A program made the translations under genes and the position numbers. The notes beneath the pieces were generated by a model. That model saw only the letters and a list, made by a program, of their open reading frames with translations, did not search any database and had not been told where the DNA came from. 4,934 nucleotides of DNA. Origin: a virus (Duplodnaviria; Heunggongvirae; Uroviricota; Caudoviricetes). Below are positions 4,778-4,934 of this stretch, in pieces (position 1 is the first letter of the stretch; the number at the start of each line of letters is the position of its first letter). The stretch lies in IMG/VR virus record IMGVR_UViG_2623620491_000007; one strand, written 5' to 3'.

Positions 4778-4934
4778 TGGTGGATTTACGTAAAGCGGCG
4801 CGGGGGCAGATGTGCACCGTCAGAATTCCTGGCTACTGCAATCACAATCCCGAAACTTCTGTGCTGGCGCATTACAGGCTGGCGGGGACGTGCGGAACAG
4901 CGACAAAACCACACGATATGCAGGCAGCGATTGC
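4777..4934 (+). CDS. DUF1364-family (YbcO-like) Cys-rich lambdoid phage protein, 5' portion; continues past the window end
   Basis: ATG 4777-4779 overlaps the preceding stop (TAATG). Translation MVDLRKAARGQMCTVRIPGYCNHNPETSVLAHYRLAGTCGTATKPHDMQAAIA resembles the YbcO/DUF1364 N-terminus (MxDLRKAARG..C.VRIPG.CN.NPETSVLAH.R) from memory. Confidence 0.8.
   Translation, partial: MVDLRKAARGQMCTVRIPGYCNHNPETSVLAHYRLAGTCGTATKPHDMQAAI

Noticed and set aside
4629-4817. Minus-strand ORF of 62 aa spanning the DUF1367/DUF1364 junction
   Set aside because: Antisense to two translationally coupled genes with recognisable products; no support.
1-4934. CRISPR array, tRNA or rRNA
   Set aside because: No regularly spaced direct repeats with unique spacers and no cloverleaf-like or rRNA-like segments were noticed. 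The only tandem repeats are the in-frame 18 bp units at 1236-1335.

Overview
This 4.9 kb window reads as the early-right (replication to nin) region of a lambdoid prophage from an enterobacterium, with every supported gene on the + strand. The left end (1-660) holds the 3' end of an upstream gene and a Ren-like gene; the right end (4178-4934) holds a DUF1367-like gene translationally coupled to the start of a DUF1364/YbcO-like gene. Between these conserved blocks sits apparent cargo. The first part is a strongly AT-rich two-gene cassette (980-1381 and 1460-2875; roughly 30-38% GC by hand count against about 50% in the flanks) with its own candidate promoter and a clear intrinsic terminator, bracketed by two copies of a palindrome-containing repeat. 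Its 471-aa product has no motif I can assign to a known enzyme family and is the best candidate for an undescribed phage-exclusion or defence module. The second part is an intact-looking type I toxin locus of the Hok/Mok family (3406-3618) with promoter, long-range 5'-3' mRNA complementarity and terminator; I could not place the Sok antisense gene. A cysteine-rich small ORF (3028-3246) and a small ORF at 3894-4106 are weaker calls. All homology statements come from recalled protein motifs and not from database searches; no CRISPR array, tRNA, rRNA or transposase was seen.
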